DNA of 64,000 bases, taken from NCBI GenBank assembly GCA_043825735.1, contig JBDRRP010000041.1:1-64000 (forward strand), written 5' to 3'. A program made the translations under genes and the position numbers. This document shows positions 39,601 through 50,389 of the stretch, in pieces (the stretch's first letter is position 1; each line of letters opens with the position of its first letter). Below the pieces are notes generated by a model. It was given only the letters and a program-made list of their open reading frames with translations, had not been told where the DNA came from and did not search any database. This DNA is from Pseudomonadota bacterium. Its GTDB lineage: Bacteria; Desulfobacterota; Desulfobacteria; Desulfobacterales; JBDRRP01.

Positions 39601-42021
39601 GCGCGAGAGTTTGAGCCGCTGGGCCTCTCCCCCCGACAGGGTACTGATGGGCTGGCCCAGGCGCAGGTAGCCCATTCCCACGTCCTTGAGGGGACGCAGC
39701 CGGGCTGTGATGGCCGTCTGATCGGCAAACACCGTAAGGGCCGTATCCACGGTCATTTCCAGAATGTCACGGATATTGGCGCCGCAGACACGAATGTCGA
39801 GAACGTCGTCATTGTAGCGGTTGCCGCCACAGACCGGACAGGTGACATAGATGTCCGAGAGAAACTGCATCTCCACCTTCTCGAACCCGTCGCCGCTGCA
39901 GTGCTCGCACCGCCCGCCGGCCGTGTTGAAGGAAAAGTAGCCCGGCGTGAGTCCGCGGGCCACCGCCGCGGGAGTGGCGGCCAGGAGCTTTCGCACCGGG
40001 TCCATGGCCCGAGTGTAGGTGAGTGCGTTGGCCCGGGGGGTGCGCCCGATGGCCCGCTGGTCCACCAGCACCACGTCGTCGACAAAGTGATCGCCGGTGA
40101 TCCGCTCGAAAACACCGGCGCGACCCTGGGGCGCGCCTTTCATACTCTTGAGGCCCCGGTAGAGCACCTCCTCCACCAGGGTGGATTTGCCGGATCCTGA
40201 GACGCCGGTGACACAGACCAGAAGCCCCAGGGGAAACACCGCGTCGATGGCCGCAAGATTGTTGGCCGCGGCCCCGTGAACGGTGACGGCCCGGTCCGGG
40301 TCCGGCCGGCGCCGGGCGCCCGGGATCGGTATGCGGCGCTTTCCGGTGAGATACTGGCCCGTGAGGCTGTCGCCGACCAGGTCCGTGGGGCCGAAATACA
40401 TGATCTCGCCCCCCTTTTCTCCGGCCAGTGGTCCCATGTCCAGGAGCAGATCGCCCTGGCGGATGATCTCCGGGTCGTGCTCCACCACGACGACGGTGTT
40501 CGAAAGATCCCTCAGCCGGCGCAGGATCGCCATGAGCCGGTCGCTGTCGCGCGGGTGGAGCCCGATGCTCGGCTCGTCCAGAACGTAGAGCGTGTTCACC
40601 AGAGACGACCCCAGCGAGGAGGCCAGCGCCACCCGCTGCACCTCGCCGCCGGACAAGGTCCGCGACTGGCGATCCAGCGTCAGGTAGCCTAATCCGACAT
40701 CCCTCAGGAACTGGAGGCGGTCCCGGATCTCCTGAAGCACCATGCGGCTGGCCTCGTCGCGCGCGGCAACGGAGACGTCCTTGAAAAAGGCGTCGGCCCG
40801 GACAACGTCCATGGCATACACATCGGCAATGGTACGCCCGGCGATCCGGTAAAGCAGCGTGTCGGGCGTAAACCGGGTGCCGCCGCAGGCCGTACAGACA
40901 TTGTAGCTGCGGTAGCGGGAAAGAAACACCCGCACGTGCATCTTGTAGGTCCGTCCCTCCAGCCACTGAAAAAACCCCCGGATGCCGTAGTAGCCTTCGG
41001 AGCCGTTGATGACCGCATCCCGGTGGGCCTTCTTGAGACCGGAAAAGGGGATGTCCATGTCGATGCCGGCCGCTTGGCAGAACTCCCGCAGATCCGTAAA
41101 CTCCATCCGCTGATCGGATGCCGGCCCCCAGGGCTTGACAGCCCCCTGGTTGAGGCTCAGGCCCGGGTCCGGAATGATGAGCTCCAGGTCCATGTCGATG
41201 ACCCGGCCAAAGCCCCGGCAGGTGTCGCAGGCGCCGATGGGGCTGTTGAAACTGAATAGATTGGGCAGGGGCGCCGTGTAGGCGATGCGGCAGGCCGGGC
41301 AGTTGAGCCCATTGGAAAAAGCCTTGTGGTGGCCGCCGTCGACCCACAGATCCAGCCGCCCGCCCCCCATGCGAAAGGCCTGTTCGGCCGAGTCCACCAC
41401 CCGCTTGCGCTCCGAGCCTTGAAGCAAGAACCGATCTGCCAGAACGTCCGATCGTCCGGGAGCGCGTTCCGATGCGATATCGGTCACCTGGCCGTTGCTC
41501 ACCTGCCGGTCGTAGCCCATCCGCTGAAGGGTCGCGCCATCCCCCTCCCAGGGAAAGGTGACAATCACCGCGGTTTTCTCGGGCAGGGTCTTCAGGTGGC
41601 GCCAGACGTCGGCCGGGGTCTCGGAAATCACGGGCTGCCCGCAGCCGCGGCAGATAAGCTGGCCGATGCGGGCAAACAGCAGCTTGGCATAGTCGGTAAT
41701 CTCCGTCATGGTGCCCACGGTGGAGCGCGATGTGCGCACGGGGTCCTTCTGGTCGATGGCAATCGCCGGCGGGATCCCCTCGATGCGGTCCGCCCGCGGC
41801 CGGTCCATCCGGTCCATGAACTGCCGGGCGTAAGGAGAAAAGGTCTCCACATAACGGCGCTGCCCCTCGGCGTAGAGGGTGTCGAAGGCCAGGGACGACT
41901 TGCCCGAGCCGCTCACCCCGGTCACCACGGTGATCCGGTTCAGGGGAATGTCGAGATCGATGTGTTTGAGGTTGTTCTGGTGGGCACCGCGGATGCGGAT
42001 GGCAGGTGTGGGCAGCGTCAT
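36694..42021 (-). CDS. uvrA: double-length excinuclease ABC subunit A (tandem UvrA fusion)
   Basis: 1775 aa; four GVSGSGKS Walker A motifs; two EGQRRYxE starts; four SGGE signatures; repeated Zn-finger CxxC pairs. Confidence 0.92.
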   Translation of the reverse strand: MTLPTPAIRIRGAHQNNLKHIDLDIPLNRITVVTGVSGSGKSSLAFDTLYAEGQRRYVETFSPYARQFMDRMDRPRADRIEGIPPAIAIDQKDPVRTSRSTVGTMTEITDYAKLLFARIGQLICRGCGQPVISETPADVWRHLKTLPEKTAVIVTFPWEGDGATLQRMGYDRQVSNGQVTDIASERAPGRSDVLADRFLLQGSERKRVVDSAEQAFRMGGGRLDLWVDGGHHKAFSNGLNCPACRIAYTAPLPNLFSFNSPIGACDTCRGFGRVIDMDLELIIPDPGLSLNQGAVKPWGPASDQRMEFTDLREFCQAAGIDMDIPFSGLKKAHRDAVINGSEGYYGIRGFFQWLEGRTYKMHVRVFLSRYRSYNVCTACGGTRFTPDTLLYRIAGRTIADVYAMDVVRADAFFKDVSVAARDEASRMVLQEIRDRLQFLRDVGLGYLTLDRQSRTLSGGEVQRVALASSLGSSLVNTLYVLDEPSIGLHPRDSDRLMAILRRLRDLSNTVVVVEHDPEIIRQGDLLLDMGPLAGEKGGEIMYFGPTDLVGDSLTGQYLTGKRRIPIPGARRRPDPDRAVTVHGAAANNLAAIDAVFPLGLLVCVTGVSGSGKSTLVEEVLYRGLKSMKGAPQGRAGVFERITGDHFVDDVVLVDQRAIGRTPRANALTYTRAMDPVRKLLAATPAAVARGLTPGYFSFNTAGGRCEHCSGDGFEKVEMQFLSDIYVTCPVCGGNRYNDDVLDIRVCGANIRDILEMTVDTALTVFADQTAITARLRPLKDVGMGYLRLGQPISTLSGGEAQRLKLSRYLTTERRGRQLLIFDEPTTGLHFEDIRILLECLNRLVDDGHSVVVVEHNMDVIKAADWVIDLGPEGGDDGGRIVAVGTPETVSEMSGSHTGVYLKACLGGASALAGGKVPVPKVAEMPAPYTGQITVRGAREHNLKNISLSIPRNQLVVFTGVSGSGKSTLAFDILFEEGQRRYLESLAPYVRQYMKILERPDVDVVTGLSPTVAIEQRVSHASRRSTVATLTEIYHFLRLMFAKLGTPHCTRCGRTVIRQSRDEMIEQIRQRFKTRKARVLANKVAGRKGFHKEVLSRLLKNGVAEARIDGVFTDLVPGMALGRYHLHDIDAVVGTLPRKDLAALVDLALKEGDGSLIIVDAAGRETRFSLAGVCPDCGVGVETPDPRLFSFNNPQGACPVCNGLGTIGGSEETAEDEDGGAVRRRGRKKAPERPAAARPCEACCGSRLRPEALAVRIDGRTIWDMVSRPAGALADEVAALSFEHRLAAISEPIVTEIVSRLSLLERLGLGYLSLSRSGDTLSGGEAQRVRLAAQLGSNLTGVCYILDEPTIGLHPRDNRMLVDALRHLRDRGNSVLVVEHDEETIRAADTIIDLGPGAGRQGGQVVAIGTLADIQKAPASVTGAFIGAPANTNGARQREVGGGARITVKGASTHNLKKISVDFPLNALVAVTGVSGSGKSSLVKGTLLQGLENRLLDHRHDEAGFTGIDGWGAVEHVREVDHSPIGRTPRSVPASYVGFLDDIRRLFAATQDARARGYTPGRFSFNVAGGRCEDCKGQGHPRVEMSFLPDVYVRCDRCGGRRFNTDTLAIRYKGKTIADVLDMTFAEAARFFSAVPVIRQAVQFVCDIGLGYLRLGQPSPTVSGGEAQRIKLAKKLFKPLRGHCFFILDEPTTGLHVADVHLLLDVLQRLVDDNNTVVVIEHNLDVIAAADWVIDLGPEGGDAGGRLVVAGTPADIQAAWDRSHTARFLKAHLGGG

Positions 42022-42048
42022 ATCGGTCGAGTCCTCGGGTGCAGGTAT

Positions 42049-42216
42049 TTGGCGCTATTGACATAAATACGTTCCGTTTGCACAACAACGCCTTGTGAGC
42101 ATCGAAATCGAAATCGCTATCGGCCTTGGAACACATCGATTTCGATCCCGATATCGATCCCGACCCCGATAGGATCTCAGGGATCAAACGGAACATTATT
42201 CTGGCAATTACTCTAA
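42049..42216 (-). mobile_element. MITE-like dispersed repeat, copy B
   Basis: Reverse complement of 10113-10276 with small indels in the ATCGAA/ATCGAT hexamer core. One terminal repeat is degenerate. Confidence 0.75.
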
Positions 42217-42361
42217 TTTGTCGGAAACAGACCGCTAAGATAATCATCCGCCGCCCCGCGTAAACTGCCGGCGCCCGTGACCAGCAGTATCGGCGGCCGA
42301 GGCCTTGCTCGGATCGGACGGATCGGACGGCAACAGCTGGAAAAAAAAGACCGGGGGGGGG

Positions 42362-44233
42362 TCATAATGGCGTGTTGCCGAGGGCAATGGTGAGATGATA
42401 GATGCCCGATTCGAGAATGGCCTTCACCGGCCGCTCCACGTTTCGGAAGACCTTCATCATGGCCGTGTTGGCAAACAGCACATCGGCGACAAACTCCGTG
42501 ATGCCGCGCTCTCGCGCCAGACGGACCAGCATCCGGTAAAGAAAGGTCGCGATGCCGAGGCCCTGGTAGTCCTCATCCACCACGAAAACCACTTCGGCTG
42601 CGGTTGTTCCGGGCACCCTGATATAGCGGGCCTCTGCGATGATACGGCTGATCTCCGCCACCGTTACCTCTCCCACCACGGACATGATCTGGGTCCAGTC
42701 GACGTTGACATAGGACTGCATCTTGGCATGGGGCATGGCACCCACAATACCGAAATAGCGGGAATACACGGCCTCCCCGGAAAACCGGTAAAATAGCCGC
42801 CGCATCTCTTCTTCATCGGAGGGTTTGATGGCCCGGAAGGTGACGTGCCGATCACCGCGGAAGGTGTGAGCGGTGGCGATGTCGGCCGGGTACAGGCGGG
42901 CGCTCTCGGCCAGGAAGATCTGGTCGGCATAGAGAATCCGGCACGCCTTGGCCTGCGCCACCAGCGCCGCGCGATCTTCCGGATGGGCGATGTCGATGAG
43001 GGCCTGCGCCCGTTCTCGGATGGTGTGCCCTTCCAAATGGGCGATGCCCTGCTCGGTAACCACGGTTTTCACCGACTCGTATCGGCCGAACTGCAGCGGA
43101 TGATCGGCGATGGAGACCGCAATGTTGCTGCCGCCTTTAGAATCGCGGCTCGTGAGGGCAAAAATGGTGCGCCCTCCCGGGCTGCGCTCGGCGCCGCTGA
43201 AAAAATCCATCACCTCGGCGGGACCGGTCATGACGTTCTCGCGCCCGAAGCGCAGCCCGATGCGACCGTAGAGGTCTACCTTGTGGGCGTGAATGGCGGT
43301 GACAAAGCGCGGGTTTCTGGCAATGGTGTCAGGGGCGAACACCTTGTCAATCCGCTGAAATTCAACCAGTGGATTGTGATCCAGCCATGCCATGAGCGCC
43401 GGGGTTCCCAGGGCATAGGACGTCAGGGCCTTGCCGCGGTAGGTGCCTTTGCGGCGGTTGTCCACCACGCCGGCTGTCATCAGGTCCATCAGTGCATCGG
43501 TAAAAATCGGCGAATGAATGCCCAGGTGGCGTTTTCCCATGAGGTTTGCCGCCAGGGCCTCGTAGAAGGGGCCGGTGGAAAAGGCCAGGCAGCTGCCGTC
43601 CTCGATGAGCGATGCCACGTTGTACGCCAGCCGGTCCAGCGTCGCATGCACGCGCCAGCGGTCGAAATGCGGCGGCGCAAGATCGGAGGTGACCACCAGG
43701 TCGAACTCGGAAAGCGCCACGCAGGTATCACCGAAGGTATGGGGCACGTGGGGGTTGATCTCGGCCACGGCGATCTCGGCACGCTCCATGGCTTCCCGGG
43801 CCACGTCGACCGCCAGCCCCAGAGAGCAATAGCCGGCGGCGTTGGGGGGCGTGACCTGAACGATGGCCATCTCCACCGGCACCAGGCCCGATTCGATAAG
43901 AAAGGGAATCCGGGTGAAACGGCTTGGGATATAATCCACCCGGCCTTCTGCAATGGCCGCATCGGCCACCCAGCCGGCGTAGAATGTTTTCAGACGGTAC
44001 GGCTGAGCGGCGATCTCTCCGGAAAAGGCGACAATGTCAAAACTCAGCAGTTGAATCAGCTCGATATCTTCAAGATTGCGGGCGCGCGGCGCCGTCAGCA
44101 GGCGCCGGGTCATGGTCCGGGGTTCGGCCACCCCGGAGCTGATGAAAATGCGCATCCCCGGCCGGATGGTGTCGAGCACGCGCTGCGGATCGACGACCCG
44201 GGAGCGCCATTGCTCAAGGAAGGTGTCTGTCAT
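42362..44233 (-). CDS. acetyl-CoA hydrolase/transferase fused to GNAT N-acetyltransferase
   Basis: GYCSLGLAV, VVTEQGIAHL..RERAQALIDIAHPEDR; C-terminal AEVVFVVDEDYQGLGIA. AGGAG RBS before 44233. Confidence 0.88.
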   Translation of the reverse strand: MTDTFLEQWRSRVVDPQRVLDTIRPGMRIFISSGVAEPRTMTRRLLTAPRARNLEDIELIQLLSFDIVAFSGEIAAQPYRLKTFYAGWVADAAIAEGRVDYIPSRFTRIPFLIESGLVPVEMAIVQVTPPNAAGYCSLGLAVDVAREAMERAEIAVAEINPHVPHTFGDTCVALSEFDLVVTSDLAPPHFDRWRVHATLDRLAYNVASLIEDGSCLAFSTGPFYEALAANLMGKRHLGIHSPIFTDALMDLMTAGVVDNRRKGTYRGKALTSYALGTPALMAWLDHNPLVEFQRIDKVFAPDTIARNPRFVTAIHAHKVDLYGRIGLRFGRENVMTGPAEVMDFFSGAERSPGGRTIFALTSRDSKGGSNIAVSIADHPLQFGRYESVKTVVTEQGIAHLEGHTIRERAQALIDIAHPEDRAALVAQAKACRILYADQIFLAESARLYPADIATAHTFRGDRHVTFRAIKPSDEEEMRRLFYRFSGEAVYSRYFGIVGAMPHAKMQSYVNVDWTQIMSVVGEVTVAEISRIIAEARYIRVPGTTAAEVVFVVDEDYQGLGIATFLYRMLVRLARERGITEFVADVLFANTAMMKVFRNVERPVKAILESGIYHLTIALGNTPL

Positions 44234-44304
44234 ACCGGCTCCTAATTTCAGACTCCGGTTGTGCACAATATTCTCGTCGCGTCGTGAACCCCGCTGTTCA
44301 ATGA

Positions 44305-44970
44305 TCAGGCGGCGCGGCGCTCGAATGGCGTCAGCATCCAGTCCAACGGTTCGATCGTTGAAAATCCCGCATCGGCAAGGCGGTGCCGGATCTCGACACG
44401 GTTCTGGGAAAGCACGTAAAGAAACATCGCCCATCTCTCCGGCCGCCAGTCGCGGACCACCAGCATGCTGGCGACGGGATATCCGCCCGCCGCCAACACA
44501 TCCACCACGGTCTTGATTTTTCCCTCGTCCGGATCGATGTCGAGACCGATGAAGCAGCCGGGCGTGCCGAGCCCCAGGACCTGAATGAAACAGTTGAGCA
44601 GATCCCTGTCAGACAAGATCCCGGTAACGCGCCCCTCTTCGTCGGTCACCGGAAAAGCGCCCACCTTCTTTGAGTAAAACTGCAGCAGGACGTCCTGCAG
44701 GGTGAAACCCGGCGATATGGTCAATGGGGTGGTCGTCATGATCTCGCCAACCATGGGCGCCGCGCCCGGCTCAAGGCGCGCGTCGCCACCCTGAAACGAC
44801 AGGGCGCTGCGGATATCTCTGTCGCTGATGATGCCCATGAGGCGGTTTTCCCTGTCCACAACCGGCAGATGCCGTATGTGGTGAGTGGTCATGAGTTCTC
44901 TGGCAGCGACAATACTTTCCCCGGGGCCGATGGTAATCACCCGGCGTGTGATGTATCGCTCGATCCACAT
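44305..44970 (-). CDS. CBS-pair + ACT protein (AcuB-like)
   Basis: IRHLPVV..GIISDRDIR; VGAFPV..GILSDRDL. GGAGG RBS upstream. Confidence 0.85.
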   Translation of the reverse strand: MWIERYITRRVITIGPGESIVAARELMTTHHIRHLPVVDRENRLMGIISDRDIRSALSFQGGDARLEPGAAPMVGEIMTTTPLTISPGFTLQDVLLQFYSKKVGAFPVTDEEGRVTGILSDRDLLNCFIQVLGLGTPGCFIGLDIDPDEGKIKTVVDVLAAGGYPVASMLVVRDWRPERWAMFLYVLSQNRVEIRHRLADAGFSTIEPLDWMLTPFERRAA

Positions 44971-45247
44971 GGCGTCCTCCTGTGTTTGGGTATTATCCGT
45001 TGAACCGGTCGGCGAGGGGCCACCCGGGTACGCAGGGGTGTTTGTCCCACCGCCATCGCGGTTCGGCCTGGTCGGGCGGCGGAAATGTCGAGGAGGTCAA
45101 ATTGAGGTGGCCCACGTGGGGGGGTGGGCAGGGCTGGACATGGCGCACTCCGTATACACAGTCACGTGCCGTCGGAACCATGCTGACTTTTAAATACTAA
45201 CACCGCCGAGGGACTTGTCAACGCGCCGTATACGACCTGCCGGCACG

Positions 45248-46717
45248 CTATACGTCTTCCAGACTGACCCCCGCCGTCTCGATGCGGAATCGCCAGGTGA
45301 CAAGCGCCCCCAGCAGAGAGCAGGCGATAAGACCATACAGAAGCCATTGCGTGCCGATGTCCTTCAGCAGCACGGGGAAGAGAAACGCTGTCGTCACGGC
45401 GCCGATCTTGGCAAAGGAGGCGGCGAATCCCGCCCCTTTGCCGCGGATCCGCGTGGGAAACACCTCCCCGGCCACGAGATAGGTCATGGCATTGGGGCCG
45501 ATGTTGGTCATGAAACTGAACAGCATGAATCCCGAATAAAGAAAGATCATCTTGAGGCCGCCCTCTGCGTGAAGCGATAGGGTCGCGAGAAAAAGCCCGG
45601 CCGCGCACCCCACAAAGCCCATGATCTGAAGCCGCATGCGACCCACCCGGTCAGCCAGCAGCACCGCGGAGACAATCCCCACGATGAGCAGGATATCGAT
45701 GAAGGCGGCCCCCTTCGTAGCCAGCAGGTCGCTCTGGATAATGTCGGTCAGGCGAGAGGCGTATTTGGTATGGGCGCCGATGGCCGAGGCAAGAATGGTG
45801 GGAGTGAAAATACCGATGCCATAGGTGCCCAGATCCTGAAGAAACCAGGGCACCGAGGCGAGGATCGTCGCACGCCGGTACTTTTTTGAAAACAGGGCGC
45901 CGAAATGATCCTGGGCCGCGGTGCCGGGAAGCGCCCCGTCGGACAACGGCGCCAGGCGGATTTTCTTCGGATAGGACGGCACCCGCCGCAAAAGCGTCGA
46001 CAGCGCCTGCTCGGCATCGTCTATGCGCCCGCGGGAGAGGAGCCAGTGCCCGCTGTCGGGGATGAAAAAGCGGGCGCCTGTCACCAGCAGGGCCGGAATG
46101 ATAGCAACCCCGAACATCCAGCGCCATGCGCCGATATCCTGGTTTTCATAGAGAATCAGATAACCCACCGCCGTGCCCACCAGCGCGCCCAGCGCCTGAA
46201 AGGCGAAGGCGCCCAGTACCAGTCGGCCCCGGGCGGCAGTGGGAATACTCTCGGAAATGACCATGTGCGCCGTCGGGTAGTCGCAGCCCAGGGCCAGACC
46301 CATGCCAAACAGCGACACCAGCACGAAGGCAAAACGCTGACTCACCACCAGCAGCAGCAGGCAGACGGCAAACAGCGCCATTTCCACGACAAACATACAC
46401 TTTCGGCCGAACCGGTCGGAAAGCCCCCCCAGCACGGTGGCGCCGATAAGAATGCCAAAAAGGGTCGCCGCCCCGACGGCCCCTTTTTCCATGGCGGAAA
46501 GGTTGAATTCGAACACCATCAGGGGCAGCGCAACTCCCGTAACAAAGACCACCAGCCCCTCGAAGAATTTCCCTGCCGAAGCCAGCAGCCAGATCCGCCA
46601 CTGCATGGCGGTCATGGGGACGGCACACACCGCAGTGCCGTCCGACCAGACCGGCGTCTCGTCGATGTATTCCTGAACGGTGCGTGCCGCAGGCGCCTGC
46701 CGATGGTGTGACATCAT
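45248..46717 (-). CDS. MFS transporter (sugar porter/aromatic acid-like)
   Basis: GGLSDRFGRK, LGCDYP, ADRVGR, EVFPTRIRG. Confidence 0.88.
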   Translation of the reverse strand: MMSHHRQAPAARTVQEYIDETPVWSDGTAVCAVPMTAMQWRIWLLASAGKFFEGLVVFVTGVALPLMVFEFNLSAMEKGAVGAATLFGILIGATVLGGLSDRFGRKCMFVVEMALFAVCLLLLVVSQRFAFVLVSLFGMGLALGCDYPTAHMVISESIPTAARGRLVLGAFAFQALGALVGTAVGYLILYENQDIGAWRWMFGVAIIPALLVTGARFFIPDSGHWLLSRGRIDDAEQALSTLLRRVPSYPKKIRLAPLSDGALPGTAAQDHFGALFSKKYRRATILASVPWFLQDLGTYGIGIFTPTILASAIGAHTKYASRLTDIIQSDLLATKGAAFIDILLIVGIVSAVLLADRVGRMRLQIMGFVGCAAGLFLATLSLHAEGGLKMIFLYSGFMLFSFMTNIGPNAMTYLVAGEVFPTRIRGKGAGFAASFAKIGAVTTAFLFPVLLKDIGTQWLLYGLIACSLLGALVTWRFRIETAGVSLEDV

Positions 46718-47334
46718 TTCGCGCCAAGTATTCTGAGAATGTTTCCCCGAGCCACCTTGTCGGCGGTTGCGGGCGTCAGGCGATAAACCCGCATTAGCGC
46801 CGGATGGTCGGCACGGGGCGGCTCACCGTAAGTGAAGGCCGTGAGGTCGTCATGGCGGCTCATGAGCTCCCCGATCCCCTTCCAGAAGCCGGGGTACAAT
46901 TGAAGTAGGCGCTCGATGTGATCAGCCGCGTTCATATCCAGGGGGTTGATGCCGCAGATAAACGGGTGCAACCGTTGACGGACGGACTCTGGCTGCCGCA
47001 CTAGCTCGGCAGCCAGAATATAGTCGGTTGCGCCGTAATAGTAGGCTCGAGAATCGGTATCCAGGTAGTAGGTCGGCGCGATCGGGTCGTTTTCTCCCCA
47101 CAGTTTCACCATGGGCATCCCGAAGACGACGGCCTGCTCGACACCCGCCAGATCCATGGCATGGATCAATGCGGCGAACCCATCGGTCTTCTGGACAAAA
47201 TCGAGATAGTGGATGTGATTGTCAACGACAGAATAGTGCGGACGGCACTCACCGGCGAAACTCCAGCTCGCCGCAAAAAGCAGCCACAACGCGCTCACCG
47301 CCGCCGTCATCGCCCTGCTGGCGGAAATATTCAT
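46714..47334 (-). CDS. exported amidohydrolase family protein, apparently internally deleted
   Basis: Signal peptide, DNHIHY metal motif, KGIGELMSRHDD. It jumps from ALMRVYRL to TPATADKVARGN and is only 206 aa. Confidence 0.65.
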   Translation of the reverse strand: MNISASRAMTAAVSALWLLFAASWSFAGECRPHYSVVDNHIHYLDFVQKTDGFAALIHAMDLAGVEQAVVFGMPMVKLWGENDPIAPTYYLDTDSRAYYYGATDYILAAELVRQPESVRQRLHPFICGINPLDMNAADHIERLLQLYPGFWKGIGELMSRHDDLTAFTYGEPPRADHPALMRVYRLTPATADKVARGNILRILGAK

Positions 47335-47750
47335 TGGAGGCCTTCCTTCCCATTGGCTCCGGATCCCCGCCCCGCAACAACGAAGTCAGGTCCGTCCACT
47401 GTTTCCATCCGTGAAAAGCCCGCTTTCTCCCCGGGCCAAAAAAACTGTTACATATATTTGGAATATCTATGAAAAATCGACACAAGCCTTTTCATTAACA
47501 GGATGGAGGGGAGACTGTCAATCGCAGTCGGCTGACACGCTTCTATCCGGATTCTAGCATCGCACTAACGACAGCTCTTCAGGATGCGCCGGGGCAAAAA
47601 AATGGGGACTGACCTACCCGCATCCGAACCGTCACCAATCTGCCGGCATCACGCTTCGGTGTTGCATGGCGCTGCCGCCCTTGACGGCAACAGCCAAGGC
47701 ATTTTCGGTATTTCGGCCCCCCAACCGGCAGCGAGAGGCGAACAGAATAT

Positions 47751-49931
47751 ATGAAAAACCCGTTTTCAAACATCAAGGGCTTCTTCGGATCGCTACGGTC
47801 CAAGTACATCGAAATTATCCTGGCGGTGGGGCTGTTCATCATCCTGGATACCGGCGTTCTGATCATCAACTTCTACACCTCGTATCAAATTGCCGGCGAC
47901 GCCCACGCCATCCAGCTGGCCAGCCGCATGGGCACCCTGACCCAGGTGTTCCTCCAGCAACTCTACGCGGTGCGCGACGATGCCGAAAACCCTGCTGCCG
48001 ATCATTTCGCCACCATCGACATCTTCGCCAAATCGTACAAGATGTTCGACGAAACCCTCGACTCCTTCATCTACGGCGGCAAGTTGATCGGTGAGGGGCA
48101 GGGGCAGGATGCGCTCCTGGAAGACACCGCATACCGCGACGCCGCGGCCACACTGCTCAAGGAGGCCGAAGTGATCTGGAAAGTCTACCGGGTCAAACTC
48201 AAACCCATCGTCTATGCCTACTTCGAAGACGCCGAGCGCGAAGATATCATCGAGGAGGCTTCCGAAGCCATCGCCTACGCCCGCCTGCACAACGAAAAAC
48301 TGCTGGAAATCATGGAACAGTTCGCTTCGGCCGTTGAGGGGGTGGCCCAGAGCAAGGCCCAGCGATTGCGGCTCATCCAGTCCGTGGGGATTTCCCTGGC
48401 CATCATCAACTTCTTTCTGATTCTGTTCCACTTCCTGAGAAGGCTCGGCAAAAGCGACGCGCTGGTGGCACAATCGAAAAAGGAAACCGAGAACATCCTT
48501 GAAAACGTCAACGAGGGGCTGTTTCTGATCGACAAAAATTACATCATCGGCTCCCAGCACTCCGACAGCCTGCACACCCTGTTCAACCAGACATCATTTG
48601 AAAACACCGATTTTCTGGAGCTGCTCAGGCCGCTGGTCACCGAGAGAACACTGGCGATGCTCAAGGATTATACCGATATCCTGTTCTCGCCCCGCGTCGA
48701 AGAATCGCTGGTCACCGACCTCAACCCGCTCAACCGGGTCGAGTTGCACCTGGCCACCGAGAATGCCCAATTCGACATCCGATACTTCAGCTTCCAGTTC
48801 TCCCGGGTCTACGAGAAAACAACCTTCCGCCAGCTGCTGGTCACCGTCCGCGACATCACCGAACAGGTCGAGCTGGAGGAGCAGCTCAAGGCCGCCAACG
48901 CCAAGGCCGCCCGGGAGGTCGACATGCTGCTGTCCATCATGCATGTGGACGATGCCTCCCTGTCGGAGTATCTCACCGACACCCGCCACGGCCTGCGATC
49001 GGTCAATAACATCCTGAAAAACCCGGCTGAGGGGTCAACCCAGCTCAAGGCCAAAATCGAGACCATTTTGCGAATCATCCACAAGCTCAAAGGCGACAGC
49101 GCCGCCGTGGGCATCGCATTTCTCGAGGAAAAATTCCATGGCTACGAGGATACCCTTGCCGCGCTGAGGAAAACGCCGGAACTTACCGGAGAGCGTTTTC
49201 TGCCGCTGGTGATCCAGCTCAACCAGCTCCTGAACGATTTCAACACGATCTGCAGCCTTTACGACAAAATCTCGCAGCACCATCCCGATGACCAGGCCCC
49301 GGGCCGTCCGACAATGACCCGATTTCCCTCTGCGACGCCGCCCGCCACGCCGCCGATGCCGCAGCTGCACGCCCAGCTGACCCGCCTCACCCGGCGCATC
49401 GCCGCCCATTATCAAAAGGAGGCCGCGCTGAATCTGGACCGGTTCGACGTGTCCGGGCTCCGCGACGATCTTCAAGCCACGATCAAGGACATCACCGTCC
49501 AGTGCCTGCGCAACGCCGTGGCCCACGGACTGGAGTCTCCGCAGGAGCGGGAAGCACTCGGAAAACCCCGTCAGGGGGAGATCTCTGCGGCCATCACCCG
49601 GGAAGGCCCCTCTCTGCGCCTTTCCATCCGTGACGATGGCCGCGGCATCGATCTGGCGCTCATCAGGGACAAAGCCATCGCCTCGGGTCTTGCCACAAAG
49701 GAACAGGTGGCCCGATGGGCGCCCCCCAGACTGTTGTCCATCATCTTTCACCCGGGATTTTCGACATCTGAAAAACCGGACCGGCATGCCGGTCGGGGGG
49801 TCGGTCTGGATATCATCAAAAACCGACTGGAGGATATGGGCGGCCGGGTGAAGATCTGCTACCGGCAGGGCCGGTACACGGAGTTCGTGTTCCTGCTCGG
49901 AAACGAGAGGCCACTGGCAAGGACGGCCTAA
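47751..49931 (+). CDS. membrane-anchored CheA-like kinase (periplasmic sensor, PAS-like, Hpt, HATPase; no CheW domain)
   Basis: Two TM helices; IHKLKGDS (Hpt); LRNAVAHGLE, DDGRGID, IFHPGFST, GRGVGLD. The protein ends right after the HATPase domain. Confidence 0.85.
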   Translation: MKNPFSNIKGFFGSLRSKYIEIILAVGLFIILDTGVLIINFYTSYQIAGDAHAIQLASRMGTLTQVFLQQLYAVRDDAENPAADHFATIDIFAKSYKMFDETLDSFIYGGKLIGEGQGQDALLEDTAYRDAAATLLKEAEVIWKVYRVKLKPIVYAYFEDAEREDIIEEASEAIAYARLHNEKLLEIMEQFASAVEGVAQSKAQRLRLIQSVGISLAIINFFLILFHFLRRLGKSDALVAQSKKETENILENVNEGLFLIDKNYIIGSQHSDSLHTLFNQTSFENTDFLELLRPLVTERTLAMLKDYTDILFSPRVEESLVTDLNPLNRVELHLATENAQFDIRYFSFQFSRVYEKTTFRQLLVTVRDITEQVELEEQLKAANAKAAREVDMLLSIMHVDDASLSEYLTDTRHGLRSVNNILKNPAEGSTQLKAKIETILRIIHKLKGDSAAVGIAFLEEKFHGYEDTLAALRKTPELTGERFLPLVIQLNQLLNDFNTICSLYDKISQHHPDDQAPGRPTMTRFPSATPPATPPMPQLHAQLTRLTRRIAAHYQKEAALNLDRFDVSGLRDDLQATIKDITVQCLRNAVAHGLESPQEREALGKPRQGEISAAITREGPSLRLSIRDDGRGIDLALIRDKAIASGLATKEQVARWAPPRLLSIIFHPGFSTSEKPDRHAGRGVGLDIIKNRLEDMGGRVKICYRQGRYTEFVFLLGNERPLARTA

Positions 49932-50005
49932 ATGGAAGAACCCACGCCGCGCGGCAGCTTACCGATAGTACGTCGCCCGTACTGCCGGTCCATGGGGATA
50001 GACGC

Positions 50006-50389
50006 ATGAAAATGCTCATTGTAGACGACTCGCTGGTCATCCGGCGAAAGATCGAGCGGGAAATCCACCTGCCCGGCATCGTCGACATCATCACCGCCAC
50101 CGACGGCCTCGATGCCATCGAGAAGTTCAAAAAACACCTGCCCGATCTGGTCACCATGGACCTGACCATGCCCAACCTGGAGGGCGGTGATTGCGTCAAG
50201 AAGCTCATGGCCATCAAACCGGACACGGTCATTCTCGTCATATCGGCCCTGGCCGACAAAGCCACCGCGATTACGGCCATCAAGAACGGCGCCCACGGAT
50301 TTCTGTGCAAGCCCTTCACCGAGGAAGCACTCAACAGCGCGCTCAACAAACTCATCGACACCACCCGGACCATTGCCAAGAGGGCCTGA
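50006..50389 (+). CDS. CheY-like response regulator
   Basis: LIVDDS, LVTMDLTMPNLEG, KPF. Confidence 0.9.
   Translation: MKMLIVDDSLVIRRKIEREIHLPGIVDIITATDGLDAIEKFKKHLPDLVTMDLTMPNLEGGDCVKKLMAIKPDTVILVISALADKATAITAIKNGAHGFLCKPFTEEALNSALNKLIDTTRTIAKRA

Noticed and set aside
42341..42361. A8 and G9 homopolymers as phase-variation tracts
   Set aside because: Intergenic, just past a stop codon, with no evident promoter context. They could also be sequencing noise.
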